A DNA stretch of 35,356 nucleotides, taken from Deltaproteobacteria bacterium (GTDB lineage Bacteria; Desulfobacterota; Anaeroferrophillalia; Anaeroferrophillales; Anaeroferrophillaceae). Both the position numbers and the translations under genes were made by a program. This document shows, piece by piece, positions 34,427 to 35,356 of the stretch. The stretch is from assembly GCA_019306045.1 (NCBI GenBank), contig JAFDMG010000005.1, positions 1 to 35,356 on the forward strand. Direction: 5' to 3'. The notes beneath the pieces were generated by a model. It was not told the DNA's origin, did no database searches, and saw only the letters and a list, made by a program, of their open reading frames with translations. Within the stretch, counting starts at the first letter, position 1, and the number at the start of each line of letters is the position of its first letter.

Positions 34427-35356
34427 CTAACTCTCATGGGACAAAGTTTTCCCATAATTGTTTTTTCCTGCAGCCAACATCATCGCTGCTAGCTTTTTCT
34501 GATGCGGATAATCAGGATACAAGTCCAATACTTTTCTGAATGCAACCATTGCTTCATCATTCTTTCCCGCAGCCAAACAATATATTCCCCTATTTATCCA
34601 CAACTGGGCATACTCTTTATCCAGAGCTATTGCTTTATCAATCTCACGAATGGCCGCTTGATAAGATCTACGCTTATAGTACAACCAAGAAGACAGCAAC
34701 CTAACATCAATATTTTCTGGTTGATTGTTCTTTGCTTTTTGCAAAAAATACCAGGTTAGAGAATCGTTAGGAAATCCAGCTTTTATCAATAAATAAGCAG
34801 TCGCCATATAGAAATTAAATGAACTTGCTACTGGATGAAAAAAATATTTCGTTCTGATAGTTCCCTTTTGTCGCTGTAGTCTGTCAGCTACCTTAAACTG
34901 GTTAATCTTACTTCTTATGACTCTACATTTTGTCGTAAGTATTTCATCAGTTGTGGCACCTTGGCAATAATATAGGGCTTGTTTATCATTTCTCAAATCA
35001 AAGCATATTTCTGCCATCTTTTCATAAGCTGCCGATTGAGCATTTTTGATTCCCTCCAACTCTCCTTGAAAAGAAAACCCTGCTTGTAAACCCGTCTGCA
35101 AAGCACACACCATATTATCTGCAAAAGACTTTTCAAAAGGCATATTGTAAGCCGTGACAAAACGGAAGCCTTTAACATAACATTCGTAAGCTTGCTGATA
35201 CTCTTTCTCCGCCAGATAAATATTGCCAAGGTGCAAAAGAAAAAGAGGATAGGCGTTTTTTTTTGCTTCCGGGGGCGCTTTTCTGAGCAATGTTTCTGCT
35301 TTCTCAATCGCTCCCTGATTGTTGCCCATCCGGGACATGGAGGCGATGATATTGCT
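34427..35356 (-). CDS. TPR-repeat protein, C-terminal part (N-terminus beyond the window)
   Basis: TPR-like HLGNIYLAEKEYQQAYECY, AIREIDKAIALD, INRGIYCLAAGKNDEAMVAFRKVLDLYP; frame stays open to the window edge. Confidence 0.8.
   Translation of the reverse strand, partial: SNIIASMSRMGNNQGAIEKAETLLRKAPPEAKKNAYPLFLLHLGNIYLAEKEYQQAYECYVKGFRFVTAYNMPFEKSFADNMVCALQTGLQAGFSFQGELEGIKNAQSAAYEKMAEICFDLRNDKQALYYCQGATTDEILTTKCRVIRSKINQFKVADRLQRQKGTIRTKYFFHPVASSFNFYMATAYLLIKAGFPNDSLTWYFLQKAKNNQPENIDVRLLSSWLYYKRRSYQAAIREIDKAIALDKEYAQLWINRGIYCLAAGKNDEAMVAFRKVLDLYPDYPHQKKLAAMMLAAGKNNYGKTLSHES

Noticed and set aside
1-35356. CRISPR arrays, tRNA/rRNA genes, IS elements, selenocysteine recoding in the thioredoxins
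   Set aside because: No repeat-spacer arrays, RNA gene signatures or transposases seen; both CxxC motifs use ordinary Cys codons

Overview
Bacterial chromosomal window, most consistent with an anaerobic Desulfobacterota-type organism (inferred from gene content, not from a search). About 1-24150 is GC-rich and mostly housekeeping: IclR regulator, pdxA, UbiA/MqnP-type prenyltransferase, DUF62 SAM hydrolase, DUF1015, tRNA m6A37 methyltransferase, ispB, trxA, TlpA, glyS, ppdK, an EndoIII-like protein, GAF-GGDEF, PHP, VanZ, miaB, surE, a solute-binding protein and a GalT-like enzyme. It also holds a three-gene unit (small Cys-containing protein, CbbQ/NorQ AAA+ ATPase, large VWA adaptor) with no client enzyme nearby. 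About 24150-35356 is visibly lower in GC and entirely on the minus strand: a TPR protein, an aromatic-rich Cys-free type IV pilin, a terminator, then eight glycan genes (WbpB-WbpD-like fusion, two glycosyltransferases, radical SAM/SPASM overlapping a DegT aminotransferase, AsnB-type amidotransferase, acyltransferase, MurJ-like flippase). ppdK and the GGDEF gene each lack a short conserved internal segment, and glyS has no adjacent glyQ. I found no rRNA, tRNA, CRISPR array or transposase. The best candidates for undescribed biology are the pilin-linked glycan locus with its radical SAM/aminotransferase pair and the orphan CbbQ/VWA chaperone unit.
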